Shown here one piece after another: positions 1 to 12,707 of a stretch of 59,702 nucleotides of DNA. Where the stretch lies: contig JAAPAO010000160.1 in NCBI GenBank assembly GCA_013115145.1, positions 1 to 59,702 of the forward strand, read 5' to 3'. The stretch is from Perkinsus chesapeaki ATCC PRA-425. Taxonomy: Eukaryota; Protista; Perkinsozoa. The notes under the pieces are model-generated. The model searched no databases. It saw nothing but the letters and a program-made list of their open reading frames with translations, and was not told the DNA's origin. The translations under genes were made by a program, and so were the position numbers. Every line of letters begins with the position of its first letter. Position 1 is the stretch's first letter.

Positions 1-140
1 GTAGCCATAGGGATGGTGTTTAATAAACTAGTAGCCATAGGGATGGTGTTTAATAAACTAGTAGCCATAGGGAGGGTGTTTAATAAACTAGTAGCCATAG
101 GGAGGGTGTTTAATAAACTAGTAGCCATAGGGAGGGTGTT
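1..140. repeat. 30-bp minisatellite (gtagccataggga[t/g]ggtgtttaataaacta), >=4.6 copies, truncated by the window edge
   Basis: Unit visible directly at 1, 31, 61, 91 and partially at 121. Confidence 0.95.
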
Positions 141-531
141 TTTAGTCGGTTATGCGGAGCGATAAGAGTGGTGACAGGAAGGAACGAGAGAATCGGTCGA
201 GGCTGTCGAATGGTGGCGGTATCGAGCAAAGATCTAAAGTTCATGAGGACTTCTTATTTGTGGTATACGAGGATGGTGCGGTATGTAGTTATATTATAGA
301 GGGACCTGATGGTGGCATTAATTTATTGGATATAGATCTTAGCTGTTGTATAGGGCCTGGGGAGGAAGAGGAAGCACAAGGTAAGTGGGAATACTCAACA
401 GTGAATCTTTAAAGGACCTCTCAAATCCGTTGTTGCGGTGGTTTTATTAGCATTCGGGGTTTGTCGATCCGGGTTTCGGGTTTCGGGTTTTTACCTTTTT
501 TGCCAGCATTTCGGGTTGGTCATATGACGAC

Positions 532-3500
532 ATGAGGTGCTTTCTTACTCACTCTAAGACCATTGTTCAAACATTTACTACTTCTGTAGTAAATGAGAAA
601 TGTCTCTACATCCATCAGCCAGAATACGCTATCCGCCTTCAGATTCCTCAATGGGATCTTCCGCTAGGGCAAAGGCGCCGACTACTGGAGGGTGCGCGCC
701 ATTTCCGAGTATGAGAGCTCTGTTGGTGCTGAACTCTAAGGGAGCTGTATTTGGCTTTGATCCTCAACAAGGCAATATAGCTGCGGTAGTAAGGGGTGGA
801 TGGGAATGATCGAGGAATCGGGGGAAGTAGAGATTACTCCACTTTTTGGGATTTTGGGAGAGCCTCCTCTACGACAAGCTTGGTCGCAGGTGCCCATTTG
901 AGTGTCTTTTCCGGGGCATAGAGAGTTTGAATGAATATTATGGTGTGAGTGATGTTACGAGCAGTGAGTCGTTATAGGTATTATATTATAGAGGCTAATA
1001 GGTATTATATTATAGAGGTTAATAGGTATTATATTATAGAGGTTAATNNNNNNNNNNNNNNNNNNNNNNNNNNNNNNNNNNNNNNNNNNNNNNNNNNNNN
1101 NNNNNNNNNNNNNNNNNNNNNNNNNNNNNNNNNNNNNNNNNNNNNNTAGGTATTATATTATAGAGGTTAATAAGTATTATATTATAGAGGTTAATAGGTA
1201 TTATATTATAGAGGTTAATAAGTATTATATTATAGAGGTTAATAGGTATTATATTATAGAGGTTAATAGGTATTATATTATAGAGGTTAATAGGTATTAT
1301 AATATAGAGGTTAATAGGTATTATATTATAGAGGTTAATAGGTATTATAGAGATTTTCCTCGTTTCATGTGTATAGATTAAATAGTAATATTGACAATAT
1401 TGACAATATGACCAGATACCAGTAACGGAGGAGGGCAGCAACGATTGGCTATCTACCGGACTTTACTCGTGGAGGTCATATTTCATCCTTACTACCAGGC
1501 AGCTTAGAAGGAGGCGTGAGGATAATTTCGTGGCGTGCGGTCATCATTGTTATCCTTGTCTCCTCCTCCCCAGGCTCAAGCGATATATCGGACCCTATAC
1601 TGGCTGGGCAGAAGAGTGGTGATGCTGGTGATGCTGGTGTTTCTGCTCATCATCGGCAGGGCCCGGTGAAATGTGGTGTGACGGTTGTGCTGATGTATCC
1701 AAACGTCAGTGTTAGATTTATAGCTTTTCAGGTAGCCATTTTAGTGATGTGATTTTATTATTATTTTTTAGGGAGTTTTCAGCGATTTCGCGGCGGATTC
1801 GGGAATAGTGGCGGTGGTGCCGGCATTTGATAGATCGCTGTTGGTTGTGGGTAGGATGAGTGTTCTGACACCTCTAGCTGTCCATAGCGGCCATTAATTA
1901 GGAAATAACGCTTCCACGGGTAATGCCTGTGTGTATGCCTTGCATGAAAAAGCTATCACCGAGGAAGTGTCCATGTTGCAGCAGAAGGGTATGTACGAGT
2001 CGGCGGTGGAGGTGGCCATGAGGGAGAACCTACCGGTGATGCCTTACCTCACACAGTTGTATACAAAGTAATACATTAGAGATGGAGGACGGCTACAATT
2101 GGGCATACTCAACTTGAGAGGAATGAGGCGTCGGTGTGGTCAGGTACGGGATGAGCTTGGTGGAGAACAATCAGATCGATGACGCCCTACGAGTGCTTTT
2201 GAAGGCGGCGGCTGACCTGCGATTGCCGATACAAACCAGCACTGTTATTGGTAAGCCGGTATCTCATCACCCTAGTAAAAATACATTACAGTATTAAGCT
2301 GCTCGGAATTGCTTGACGAATTTGTTAACACTGTGCTGGCCGGCATGGGATAGCAGCACTACAAAGCCGGACCCTAGACTCTCGATACTGTAGGCATAAT
2401 CGTTAGGGGAAATGATTAGTAATCAGTAATATCGATGTGATGACGAGCTACGGTAAGGCGGCTGTGAAGCCGCTGATTTGTGATTTGGGGAGAACTCTCG
2501 GATGAGAAGTGTTTTATCGAAGAGTCTGGGGGGGATGTGTCTGGAAGAAGGAACGGTGCTGGGGTTAAATCTCCGACAGCTTCCTCGTTTATCGTGCATC
2601 TTGCTCTTCGTCATGAGATTAGAGGTCTACGCAGCCATATGGGAAAGGTGGCATTACTGTGGAAAGTTGAATAGGAAATAGATTTGCAGTGAAAAAACAA
2701 ATGGGAATCTCTTGGCATCCTCAATAATATGGCAATGGTCCGAGCCTATGTGCCCGATTTTCTCAGAAGCGTTCAGAGCCCGACATAGAGTCCCAGCGAT
2801 CACTACCTTCCTTTTGCGACTGCACGAGGCTGAGGCGATCAAACGGGGTCCGAATGGCGAGAAGTTGAGGCCAATCACACTGTAGCGGAAGGGAGAATGA
2901 AGGGTGGCGGAGAGGCCTTTCTGTAGGTATAAGGAGCATACGTATATGTTGATGAAGTGCCTGTGTCGATTGGGGGACTATAGAGGATTGGAGAGGCTCG
3001 TGGAACTGTTGACCAGGAAGGACTGTGACTTACCTGTGGATATTTCTGCGGTCATCGACATTCTGCTGACTGGCGGGTAGTAGGCTTTGGTCACCTCGGC
3101 CACGTGACCTCCTTACGAAGTGGACCTCGGGGAGAAGGAACGCGAGACTACCGATCTATAGGAACCGATCTTTGAGATCTTCGCAGAGTCATCTCTAATG
3201 CATACATATTGAATTGGGAAAGTCTCCAGGAACTAACTGCCTGAAGAGTGCCGCCAAGGAATAGGTCACTTGAGGAGATGGAGTGCTGTACTGAAAAGTG
3301 TGTAAATAAGAGCCCGCACAGGCGTACAGTCGAACGGCGGGTCGCGAGATATTTTGGGGGCTTTCAACTGGATTTGCCGTCGTCCCGAAGGTACCCGAAG
3401 TTGGCCTCCCGGTTGGCCCTGGCATGGGGCGGCGAAGGCACTACAGCATCGGCTGCTGAACTGTGAGTGAAATCGAAGTAGGTTAGTGTGAATAAGCATT

Positions 3501-5752
3501 GGAGGTTTGTTATTAGATATGTTGGAACATGTCTTGAAGCAGATGATGGTGATGTGAAGCGAGAGGCTGCGATAGAGTAAGATTGAAGTAAAGGCATTTT
3601 GAGGTATCCTATGTTCGTAGGTATCTTAAGGGTCTTATAGATCGAGGACAGGATGCTGCGGTAGGTTGTATTGGTTGACGTCATCAACAAGAAGAAGAAA
3701 ACAATGGTTATGTTGTAGGTTATTGCTGTGTTGACGTCATCACGGGGGATTGGTCGTTCTTTAATGCATGCGAATGCTGAGGGTATGATGCCATTGTTGG
3801 AGACAATGCTCGAGTAGGTTGGTGTGATGGGATAACACGACACATGCCGTATTTTGTTTTAAACAACGCTGGAATGGTCTAGTTGGTTATGACGATCGCC
3901 TCACACGCGATAGGTCCCGAGTTCGATTCTCGGTTCCAGTATTTTTTCTGTCGTCTTTTTCAGACGACACCCTGTTTTGAAGGATGAGGAAACGACCTCA
4001 CATTTAGTAGGATGTCCACCCGCTGCACGGCAGCAGACCCTTCTTTGGTTCAGGCGTCATCCAATGGTGACAGCGACTCGGACAATCTCAGCGTACCTAT
4101 TGAAATGGCCCTATCGAAGCTTCTACCACCAACTGAGGCATGTCGGCAGCGGCTGCGCTATCAACGAACTATTAGACTCTTACTTCAGGCTGCTGCAAAC
4201 ATGCTTTTGGATCACCTTAGCAGGAAGTCACGCTCATGCAACGCCAGTAGGAAACCTCTTGGGCTTGCTTATCTTGTTCTTATACGGTTAGATGAGACAT
4301 CCCTACTGCCTCCTTTATGTCTGGAGTTGTGCCTTCGATCTGGACTTCAGCGGAAAGATGAAGAATCTCGAGAGCGTATGGTTGACATTCTGTTTGATCG
4401 CAATTTGGGAGTAAACGCTCCGACCATGGCAGATGCATGTAGGTTTCTGCACCTATGCCGTCTGACGAAGCGAGACCGAGAAATTGTTATTAGGCTTCCA
4501 GTTCGCATGGGTGGATGGCATCACGGCCTTGATAGAGTCATCGTACACCAAACCAGAGCAAACCAAAGCTTTGGCGAGGGAGCTTTTTGACACCGCAGGT
4601 GGTGGCAGGGGACTTGGAAGGTATTCGTGATTTTGTTGCCTGAATAGATCCGTCCGACTTGTGGCCTAACTCATACGTGAAGATATGCGATGCTGTGAGT
4701 GCTGCTGGAGATGGTAGGAAGAAACGTAAGATTAGTGGAGCGATAAGCTGATCGGAGTAGTCTTTGATAGTAGACACTACGCTGGAGGACAGCACGAGGC
4801 GTCTGTGGCTGCAAGCTCTGAGGAAGCTTAGACGACGGCCAGTAAAGGAGGATCCACGGGAACGGTCGGCGACACTGCAAGCTATGAATGAGATTATTGG
4901 TACGTGTAGCGGCTGCGGGGTGTGTGGAAGGGACCTTCTTCTAGGTACGTTAACTCGGTATTGCGGCGGCTCGGCTGCGGTAACCTCAGAAGTGTTGGAC
5001 GCTCTTACTTTGGATCCGAGTGTGGAAGGGGACGATGGCACGATGGTGGATATGGGCACTTTAAAGCCGATGGTCGGAGGTTCGAATCGAGGCCTCGGAA
5101 TTTTGGTGTCTCCGCAGATAAGAGTTTTACTGAAGAACACCTCGCAGAAATGCTCAACGTCGCTCGACAATTTACAGCAAGATAAAGAGGAACTCCAGCG
5201 AATGCGACAGGAAGTAAAAATGACAAAGAAAACACATATTCTGAGCGGAGCGATGCACCCAGGTCGAGAGCCTCAGAACTACGGCCAGGGTTTTCAATGG
5301 TCGAGAAGGAGGTGGTTCACCGAAGTGTGCCGAGTGCGGGCAAAGAATGGATCTTCCGGCCGTAGGTGTACCCGCCCCACGGGCCCATCCAGAAGTCCGT
5401 TGGCAGGTCCACTTCATGTGTATGCATTCGTTTCATCAATTGTGTCTATCTTCTGATAACAGTGATGAGGAGTACAAGTGCCCATTGTGTCAACCGGAGG
5501 CTCTGTAGGCTATGTTCGGGAGCACGTACTAGTTTGAAGGTGGTGTCTATCAGATACAAGGAGACAACGAGGATGCAAAGGGAAGAGTCGGTGAAGGATC
5601 CAGAAACTCTCTCGACACTGTGGGATCGAACGCATGTATTTTTATACCAACTTTTCCTCAGATACAAGGCGATCGGTGCCTCCCCGGAAGATTTTTCGAT
5701 TATTGCGGACTACCTTGGCCGCGGTCTGTTCCATACTAGCACTGATTCGTGA
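532..5752 (+). CDS. VPS11: Vacuolar protein sorting 11 (HOPS/CORVET core), multi-exon
   Basis: Spliced C-terminal RING-H2 CAECGQRMDLPA|VHFMCMHSFHQLC...YKCPLC and tail FSIIADYLGRGLF match the Vps11 RING and Vps11_C regions. Middle exons VYALHEKAITEEVSMLQQKGMYESAVEVA and GIGRSLMHANAEGMMPLLETML resemble the Vps11 solenoid. The 5' exons and start are uncertain. Confidence 0.75.
975..1348. repeat. 24-bp minisatellite (taggtattatattatagaggttaa) in a VPS11 intron, interrupted by an N gap
   Basis: Repeated unit on both sides of the N run. Confidence 0.95.
1048..1146. other. Assembly gap (about 100 N) inside the minisatellite
   Basis: Run of N. Confidence 0.98.
3868..3941 (+). tRNA. tRNA-Val(CAC), nested in VPS11 intron 3814-3963
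   Basis: GCTGGAA/TTCCAGT acceptor stem, ATCGC-CTCACAC-GCGAT anticodon arm, AGGTC variable loop, CCGAG-TTCGATT-CTCGG T arm, followed by a T6 Pol III terminator. Confidence 0.95.
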
Positions 5753-5851
5753 ACATTGCTACTCGCGCTCACAAGTGTTTCTACCTCCCTCGTCTTGGGT
5801 GACCAGCGCGATGGGTGATGGCTTAATTGACAGTTTTTATCGAATAGTAAA

Positions 5852-7443
5852 ATGTCCGTGGAGCCTGCCTACATCCCAATGGATGCCCGGCCGGAATGGA
5901 GGGACACAAAGCCTGTCCCGCAAGATGATGGACCGATGCCTTTGGTGGAAATACAGTATACGGAGGAGTTCACGGTAACGAGGAGGGAGTCGGGATAGGG
6001 ATAAATGATCGTCGATGGTTAAGGATACGAGAGAGGTTGGAGCTTGAAAGATACAAAAAAGGTCGTAGATCGCAAAACAGACTGTGGCGCGTGACCTAAC
6101 TCTCTTACGCTAGCCCTGTCAGGATATACATAACTACTTCAGAGCAGTGGTGAAAGCAAGAGAGACAAGTCGAAGGGCATTCAATCTCACAGCTGAAGTT
6201 ATTTCCCTTAATGCTGCCAATTACAGTGCATGGTACGTCGACGTCGATGATTCCTGCTATATTCACTTTCTTTCCTCTCGGCTTTGTTATTAATAATTGA
6301 TTATATCGCTATATGGTAGGTACTGGCGGCGGAAGTGTCTAGAGGATATGGGGGATGATGGCCTACTCCAGGAAGAGCAACAGTTCACCAGTAGCGGCAT
6401 AATCTCCACCGTCCGATCCAACAGCTTGTTCAGGGGAATGGGCCACGGACAGCCCGAAGAACTATCAGGTTTGGTTTCACCGTCGATGGGTGGTCCAACA
6501 GCTCTTCGACAAAAAACTTTTAACAGATCCTGATGAGGTGGCGGTCGAGTCGTATGGCGAATGGCATGCGTATCTTGTCTAATAGGAATTCGAGTTCACT
6601 GCGGAGGCGCTGGGCGAGGATGCGAAGAACCTCAACGCTTGGAGCCATCGAATGTTCGTGGTAGGTGTTGTTGAGCTTTGATTATATTAGTTGTACTGTA
6701 TCATCAGCTTCGGCTATTCGGGCGTGTTGATACTGTAGAGGGATTGGAAGCTGAGTTGGAGTTCAGCGCCGATCTTCTGAGGACAGATATTCGTAACAAT
6801 TCTGCGTGGAATCATCGCTTTGTAGTCCTACAAATGCTGGCAAAAGCAGGTAGGCGAGAGGAGGTCGAGGGTTCGATCCCTGGCAACGGTGTTTTCTAGA
6901 GCCTGATACTCTTGCGGAGCGACGTGAGGCTGAGATTATTTTCGTCATGGAGGCGTTGAAGTTGACGCCGAACAACGAGAGCCCGTGGAACTACGCCTTG
7001 GTAGACCTTTTACAGCCGCCGTTCACCCACAGCTGTTTTTGTAGGCGATCCTTTTCGATTACGCCCCGACTGACCAACAGCAGATTGCCGGTCTAGTGGA
7101 GCAGGTCCGATCGTTCGCTACCAAGGTGGGGTGATGCAGCAGCAGCACCTTGACCAAGTCGGAAGTCTTTGTTTGTGCCAGTTGGTATGCGACAGTCACT
7201 CGACCAGCCTACCCCCGAATAGATTCGCCCTGGAGTTCATGGGACGTTGTTCATGGAAGTACGACCGAGATCATAATACAGTGAGGTCCATGTATATCAT
7301 ATACATTATATTCTATTGTTCAGGCATTATCCTACTATACCAGCTTAGCGGACACTGATCGAGTACGTCAAGGGTATTGGTGCCATGTTATGAACAAGAT
7401 AAGGGGAGAGGAGAAGGAGGCTACCACAGCCACTGGCGTTTAA
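5852..7443 (+). CDS. FNTA: Protein farnesyltransferase/GGTase-I alpha subunit, multi-exon
   Basis: Exons PEWRDTKPVPQDDGPMPLVEIQY, ISLNAANYSAW|YWRR, SPKNYQVWFHRRW, DAKNLNAWSHR, DIRNNSAWNHRF and TPNNESPWNY are PPTA repeats. Confidence 0.92.
6850..6899 (+). pseudogene. tRNA 3'-half relic forming most of an FNTA intron
   Basis: GT...GCGAGAGGAGGTCGAGGGTTCGATCCCTGG...AG; the flanking exons join in frame (AKA|EPD). Confidence 0.55.
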
Positions 7444-7759
7444 GTTCACAGTTGAATAAGCTTGTTTTTCTCCCACTTCATCATTATCTGTTATGTTGTC
7501 AATATCCGCTTATAGTCTTTGGATAGGGTAGATCCTTTTGGATGATTCATGGGAACCGATGATGATGGTTTAGAGTTCACTTTCGGGGTAAGTGCCGCCG
7601 TTCAGCACTTTTCATCTGGTATGTCGACGCGACTTTGTTATTTTCGCTCAATTTAACATCCGATATCGTGCCTGCCTAACACCACCACCACCACCTTTAG
7701 CTGGTTTTCCGCTCGAACCTGACAAAGATGCATAACTCTGTACGCCTCAGACTGGTGAA

Positions 7760-8598
7760 ATGAGTAAGGCACTGGCGACTGCAGGAGGGAAGAATGAAGT
7801 CAGCGAGGCTGCTGCTAAGTCAGTGAGAGAGAGTTCCATTTCCGAGCTACCTGATGGTGGTGATGATGATGACGATGCTAAAAGTACACCTGAGGATGAG
7901 AGGCCGCCATCGCTGAAAGCAGAGTCAGACAGCAGAGTAAAAACGAGCGTATCTTTGAGGAGTTCAGCAGTGGCCTTTTTTATTAGCCCCCCTCGAGCAC
8001 GCAGGATCCCAAGAATCACACGTTCACCTTTGGGAACAGCGATACATCGGCCAAGATGATACAACAGGCCGCCGCACAGTTTAAGATTAAGTCAGAAGAA
8101 AAATACCAGATACAGACCACAACTGCCGTACAACCTCCCACTACTAGTATAGGTGATCTACATCCCCTAGATCCACATGTCATTCGTCCATTCTACCAAT
8201 CTAATGTACCCGAGGCCCCGATGAGCTTGCCGGCAGCACCTTACCATAGCCAGAACTACGACGGGTTCCATACAAGCTGGGACTCTGGTGCTTACAGCCA
8301 CCCCGTTTATGGCCAATACGGTACGGGGCCAGCAGCGTACTATGAGCCACCTCTACCGATGATGGTGCCTTATACTGCTCCGGCTCCTCCACCGCTCCCA
8401 GTGTCTTACGGACAGAGAACAAGCTTTGACAGTCGGAGATCCTCTCATGATCGTAAATACAGCTGTGAGAATAGCCATAATAATGATGATCCAGGAGGGG
8501 ATAAGGATTCTGGGAGAGACTGGCGGTGTTTGATTGGTATGACATGCACAATATGTTTGATCACGTTGTCTGCGATTGTTGTTATTTTACTGAGGTGA
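7760..8598 (+). CDS. Hypothetical Pro/Tyr-rich protein with a C-terminal transmembrane anchor (2 exons, intron 7937-7986)
   Basis: A phase-0 GT-AG intron joins the two ORFs; hydrophobic C-terminus CLIGMTCTICLITLSAIVVILLR. Confidence 0.55.
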
Positions 8599-8655
8599 TT
8601 TTATCCCCAACCCTCTGGACTTGTGTTGTCATCTCATCAGCATCAGGATAGGAAT

Positions 8656-9200
8656 ATGAGCCATTCAGCCAGCGATGATGATAGCCCTGAGAAGGCATCG
8701 CTATCCCCTCTAGAAGAAGTGGCATTAGACCCAGCCGATGTGTACCCTAGCAGGCAGCCATGTGATACCAGTGAAGCTTCGGAAAAGGATCTAGATGTAC
8801 CCATCAGTGCGGACAAGCCGAGCGAGATGCCAATAAGTACGCTGTTAGATTAGTTATTAGTCGCTGACTTGTGCTGTAAGGTCGCCTTGGGTCTGACGAG
8901 TTCGGCGGCGGCATGGAGAGAGAAAACACACTGGATACCCACATGGAGGAGCTCCAGGGGCTGAGTATGGAACTAACGAGGGAGTGTCAGGAAAGAAGGC
9001 AACAACTTCAGCGAGATAAGATTGTAAATGGCACGTGAACTGTTGATATCAGTTGTTGATGTTGATGGAGGTGTTTGTGGCAGTTCCAAAACGAACTGGT
9101 GAATGACATAAATACCCTGTGGAAGGAGTGTGTCGAAGTTGTTGGCAATGACAGGCTCATGGCTGAGTTGGATGCACAAAGACATGAAAGATATGAATAA
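8656..9200 (+). CDS. Hypothetical multi-exon protein (boundaries uncertain)
   Basis: Protein-like exon fragments (MSHSASDDDSPEK..., NELVNDINTLWKECVEVV) with short GT-AG introns; no recognisable family. Confidence 0.3.
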
Positions 9201-9865
9201 TTTAGGCCAATCTTAGTCGTTTTGAGTGCCTCCAGTATCACAGGCTTCTTGCCACGTACAAGCTTCATGCTACTTTCACCTGCAAGCTTCTTGCTAGGAT
9301 GTAGCGGTGGGCGAGTGGGCGATACGAATGCACATCGGCCTTCCCCGGAATCTGGAACTCTCCAGGGCCTTACTTTAAGAACTACTATTCTAACATCTTT
9401 TATCAAGTGGCAAATTGTTACGTTGAACGCTACTATAGTTACAGCCGTAACCTGATGGCGTATTAGAAATAACAACATCCTTTACGAAAAGCAACGAGAT
9501 TACACAAGCACACAACAATCGGTACCTCAGTCTGAACGAGTGCGGCGTTGTCTGCAGTGAGAATCTCGTCATTCAAAAGCTTTTGAGGTTGGCATTATTG
9601 CTGAGTTGCCCAGTGATAGATATTGACAGTATTATATAACGAAACGGTAGAAGCCGAAAGAAAGAGTCTACCTTGTAGCGAGTAAGCTATTCGACCACCG
9701 CAATGGGGCCATTTTATCATAAGATTTACTGATATGAGTACCATAGCGACTCAAGTTAAGTCACTCAACTTTAAGCCATTGCTACTACCACAAACACAGA
9801 TTAAGAAGGGATCTGGTGGGCAGCAGCCTAACTATGTGAACTGCTGGGCGGACACTGCGAGCTGG

Positions 9866-10603
9866 TTAAACCTTAGTTAAGGCAACAGAAGTCCCTTCGA
9901 AGCCAATGAACGCCGTATGATTAGTAGCGAAGACCATGTTAGTCAGATCCTCCGGCTTCAAGTTTTTGTCTGGGCAGAAGCGCTTGAGGACCTAGTCCAG
10001 AGGCGCACTCCCGCCATAGGGTTTAACATCATAGGACCTATATGGGAGAGCATGTTCGTTCTCTTGCAGAACGTAAGGCATTCTAGGGGTCCTGGACATG
10101 CATCCAATCTGGAGGCCCAGGCGCCCGTCAGCTCTGATGTCGTACTGGAAATAAAGGGTAGGGTCAGAAGGATCTCCCTCGACGTACTTGAACGTGCCCT
10201 CTACCAACTTGAACCCGTATCTTGTCAAGGTCAACCTCTGACTAGCGAGCCCAACATCAGCGCGGTCACGACTTGAGAAGATTACAAGCTTCAGGTCGTC
10301 ATCCCTAGGCTTGAGCTTAGGATACATATTATGGATGACGTTGTGCAAGTGACGAGCACCATCATGCGTTCCGCTGAAGTCGAGAGTGTATGTGGCCGAA
10401 TCGTGCTCGACCAGCGGGTATGGCCCTTCTCTGGGGAAATTGCCACCGGTGGCAAAGATTACATAGGCAACCTTGTTCTCGTAGATATCGAACGCGAGCG
10501 TATAAGCTCCTGGCTGATCGTAGACGTATCTACCAACGGTCTGGGCTGTAGCAGTAAGCGATGCTTGACCGGCTAGAACTAACCAAATTGACGAGAATCT
10601 CAT
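9866..10603 (-). pseudogene. Intronless secreted two-repeat protein with an in-frame premature TAG at 9992-9994
   Basis: Signal-peptide-like MRFSSIWLVLAGQASLTATA. The frame stays open for 41 codons after the TAG (VLKRFCPDKNLKPEDLTNMVFATNHTAFIGFEGTSVALTKV), and this segment parallels the end of repeat 1. Confidence 0.6.
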
Positions 10604-12246
10604 CAATCCAGGGCAGGAGACAATAGTTGCTGCAAAGACAAGCGATGGATCTCGGACTACCCCTCGGGATGATTTCCCGAAGCCAGCAACGCACGCACAG
10701 TGATGACACAACTATGGATCGACAACGTCTGGATCATACTCGGTTGACAGACGAGCTCTACAAGCTTAGATGACGGGGAATAGAAGAGCTTTAGTAGCTA
10801 AGCTGTACACCGCGTCTACCACCTGCGGCCAAGGCCAAATCTGCTGCAATCTCCTAGGGTAATTAATGAGAGGCAAGGACGCTGTACAATGTGAACTCTA
10901 CATACCAGGTCATCCGAGCTACAAAAGGTCTATGGCCTAAGAGTGAGCGATCAGCATATTCATAGCTTAGGAAGGATAAGGAAGTCGGGCGTCGAAGCCT
11001 CCAGTACGGCATCAATGACTCCGCCATGTCATCGCCCTCCCATCATTCCCGTAAGTCCTGAAGGTTCTGCTTTATACGAGCACTGTGGCTTAACTGTAAA
11101 CCTGGCAATCATGTGTTGTACTCGTAATTGATTATCAGAGCTCCGGTTGATATGTGGCCTCCTACTTTGGCACGACCTCTAGGTAGAGTCGGGACAGCCT
11201 GTCCCGGACAGGTCCGGAGTCTTAAGGCTTGTGCGTCGCAAAGAACGCACCAACGCCATGCGCGCAGGAGTATTCGAACCCAAAATAGGGGGTATCGCTT
11301 TTGGGAATCTCCCTCAAATTTTTGTCGTGTGAGATATGCAAGTCCTATCATAATACCGTTTTGGGCACAAGCTGTTAAATAAGCTTTCACTGCGAGGCGA
11401 CTCAGGGATATTCATGACAAGGGTTAGAAGCTACTTATCGTGTGACAGAGCTAAGACACACGTCTTGAAAGCGCAACTTGCATCACCTAGCATCATGCTA
11501 GTAGCATGCCGTTTGAGTCTTCGCAACTATTGCGCTCCAACGGCTTAGCTCACCGTGCTTTAATTCGCCGAACGCTATGATCGGGGTGCATTGCTTTCGG
11601 CGAAATGTGGCCCTGGAATGTGACATCCTCCAGCGAGAGCGCTGTTCTTCCCGCGGTTATTCGCGCTTAAATCCAGTGGCATACTGGGTTTCGTGGAAAG
11701 AAGGACGATTCGAAGGCAATGCTGCATGATTGACTTACAGGCCTTCTATTATGACTGAGAACAGTTCTATCCTGCTGAGCTACGTGGAGTAACCATAGTG
11801 AATGAGAAGATGAACCCTTCGTGTCTTCAACTTTTCGTAGCGTCCCGACACTAAAGCTCGAATCCGATCCTCAGAAGCATCGAAAGGTGTTAGGCTTAAG
11901 CGGCAGTTGAAGCCTAGAGCGCAATACAACGGCATTCACATAGCTTGGCCTCGGTGAGTCATACCAGCTATGCCATTGACTGGCAGCCAGTCGTGCCAGG
12001 GTGAACAGCTCGTTTAACCTGACTCCAACTCGCCCAGTCCTGAAGTGCACGCGTCGTTGTATCTCTAGGTTTCAAGCCATAGAACTACGGTATAATACTT
12101 TCGAGGAGAAATACCAGAGTATCGTCGCCGTAACTGACATGTAGGGTTGTGTATCGAGTATAGAGATGAAGTGTTATTGTTCCCTGCACACACTGTATTT
12201 TAGATCCTCCTCAATCGCAGTGAAGCTCTTGTTTGTAGCGACATCC

Positions 12247-12336
12247 ATTGAATTCAAGCTTCAGGCCGCCTCCACTATTTAATGATACGCTGCTGAGTTC
12301 AGCTTCAAGATCTCAAAACCTCAAGTCCGTAAAGAC
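12247..12336 (+). repeat. 90-bp repeat, copy 1 (inverted partner at 13980-14069)
   Basis: Its reverse complement matches 13980-14069 with 4 mismatches. Confidence 0.9.
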
Positions 12337-12707
12337 ACACATGATCGCACGTTCGTGTGTGATTATGGCATACAGGTTGTATCAGCACCTTTTACCGCAG
12401 CCTCTCATTTACACTACAGACAATAACATGCAAGGAACAATATATAACGGGTAGCCAGTTGCTGTGCGACAAGCAGTCATCAGGGTTGTTATGAAACCAC
12501 CGCTGTAACTTAGGCTGAACCTTACAGCACCGGGCACGAGAGCACACTGACTAGTAGTTCTTCAGTGAACCCGGAAATGCTGTATACGAGAACTGCTCCC
12601 AACTCAAAGGTCGAATGAGCATATAGACTTGAGTTGTCTGGAAGCCGCGGTGCATGGAAGTCGTTCGAGTACGAGTGGGAGTTCTGGTCTCAGTGCTTTC
12701 AATTCAA

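Noticed and set aside
1-140. GTAGCCAT in the 30-bp repeat resembling the spliced leader, or the array being a CRISPR
   Set aside because: Only an 8-nt match to the SL; the units are contiguous with no unique spacers, and the context is eukaryotic.
470-516. TTTCGGG repeats resembling telomeric TTTAGGG
   Set aside because: Only 2-3 variant units, internal to a gene-dense region.
1043-1441. ORFs YYIIEVN / NLYNIIPI across the minisatellite
   Set aside because: Translation of a 24-bp repeat running into an N gap.
1732-1742. GTAGCCATTTT, an 11-nt match to the dinoflagellate SL
   Set aside because: It coincides with an ordinary intron donor and lacks the GGCTCAAG end.
3029-3040. ACTTACCTG as the U1 snRNA 5' end
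   Set aside because: No U1 structure follows; it is just the reverse complement of a donor consensus.
11722-11790. Minus-strand TAGCTCAGCAGGATAGAAC A-box-like sequence
   Set aside because: No intact T arm. A similar string at about 33190 is simply the complement of a splice acceptor, so this is too weak to call.
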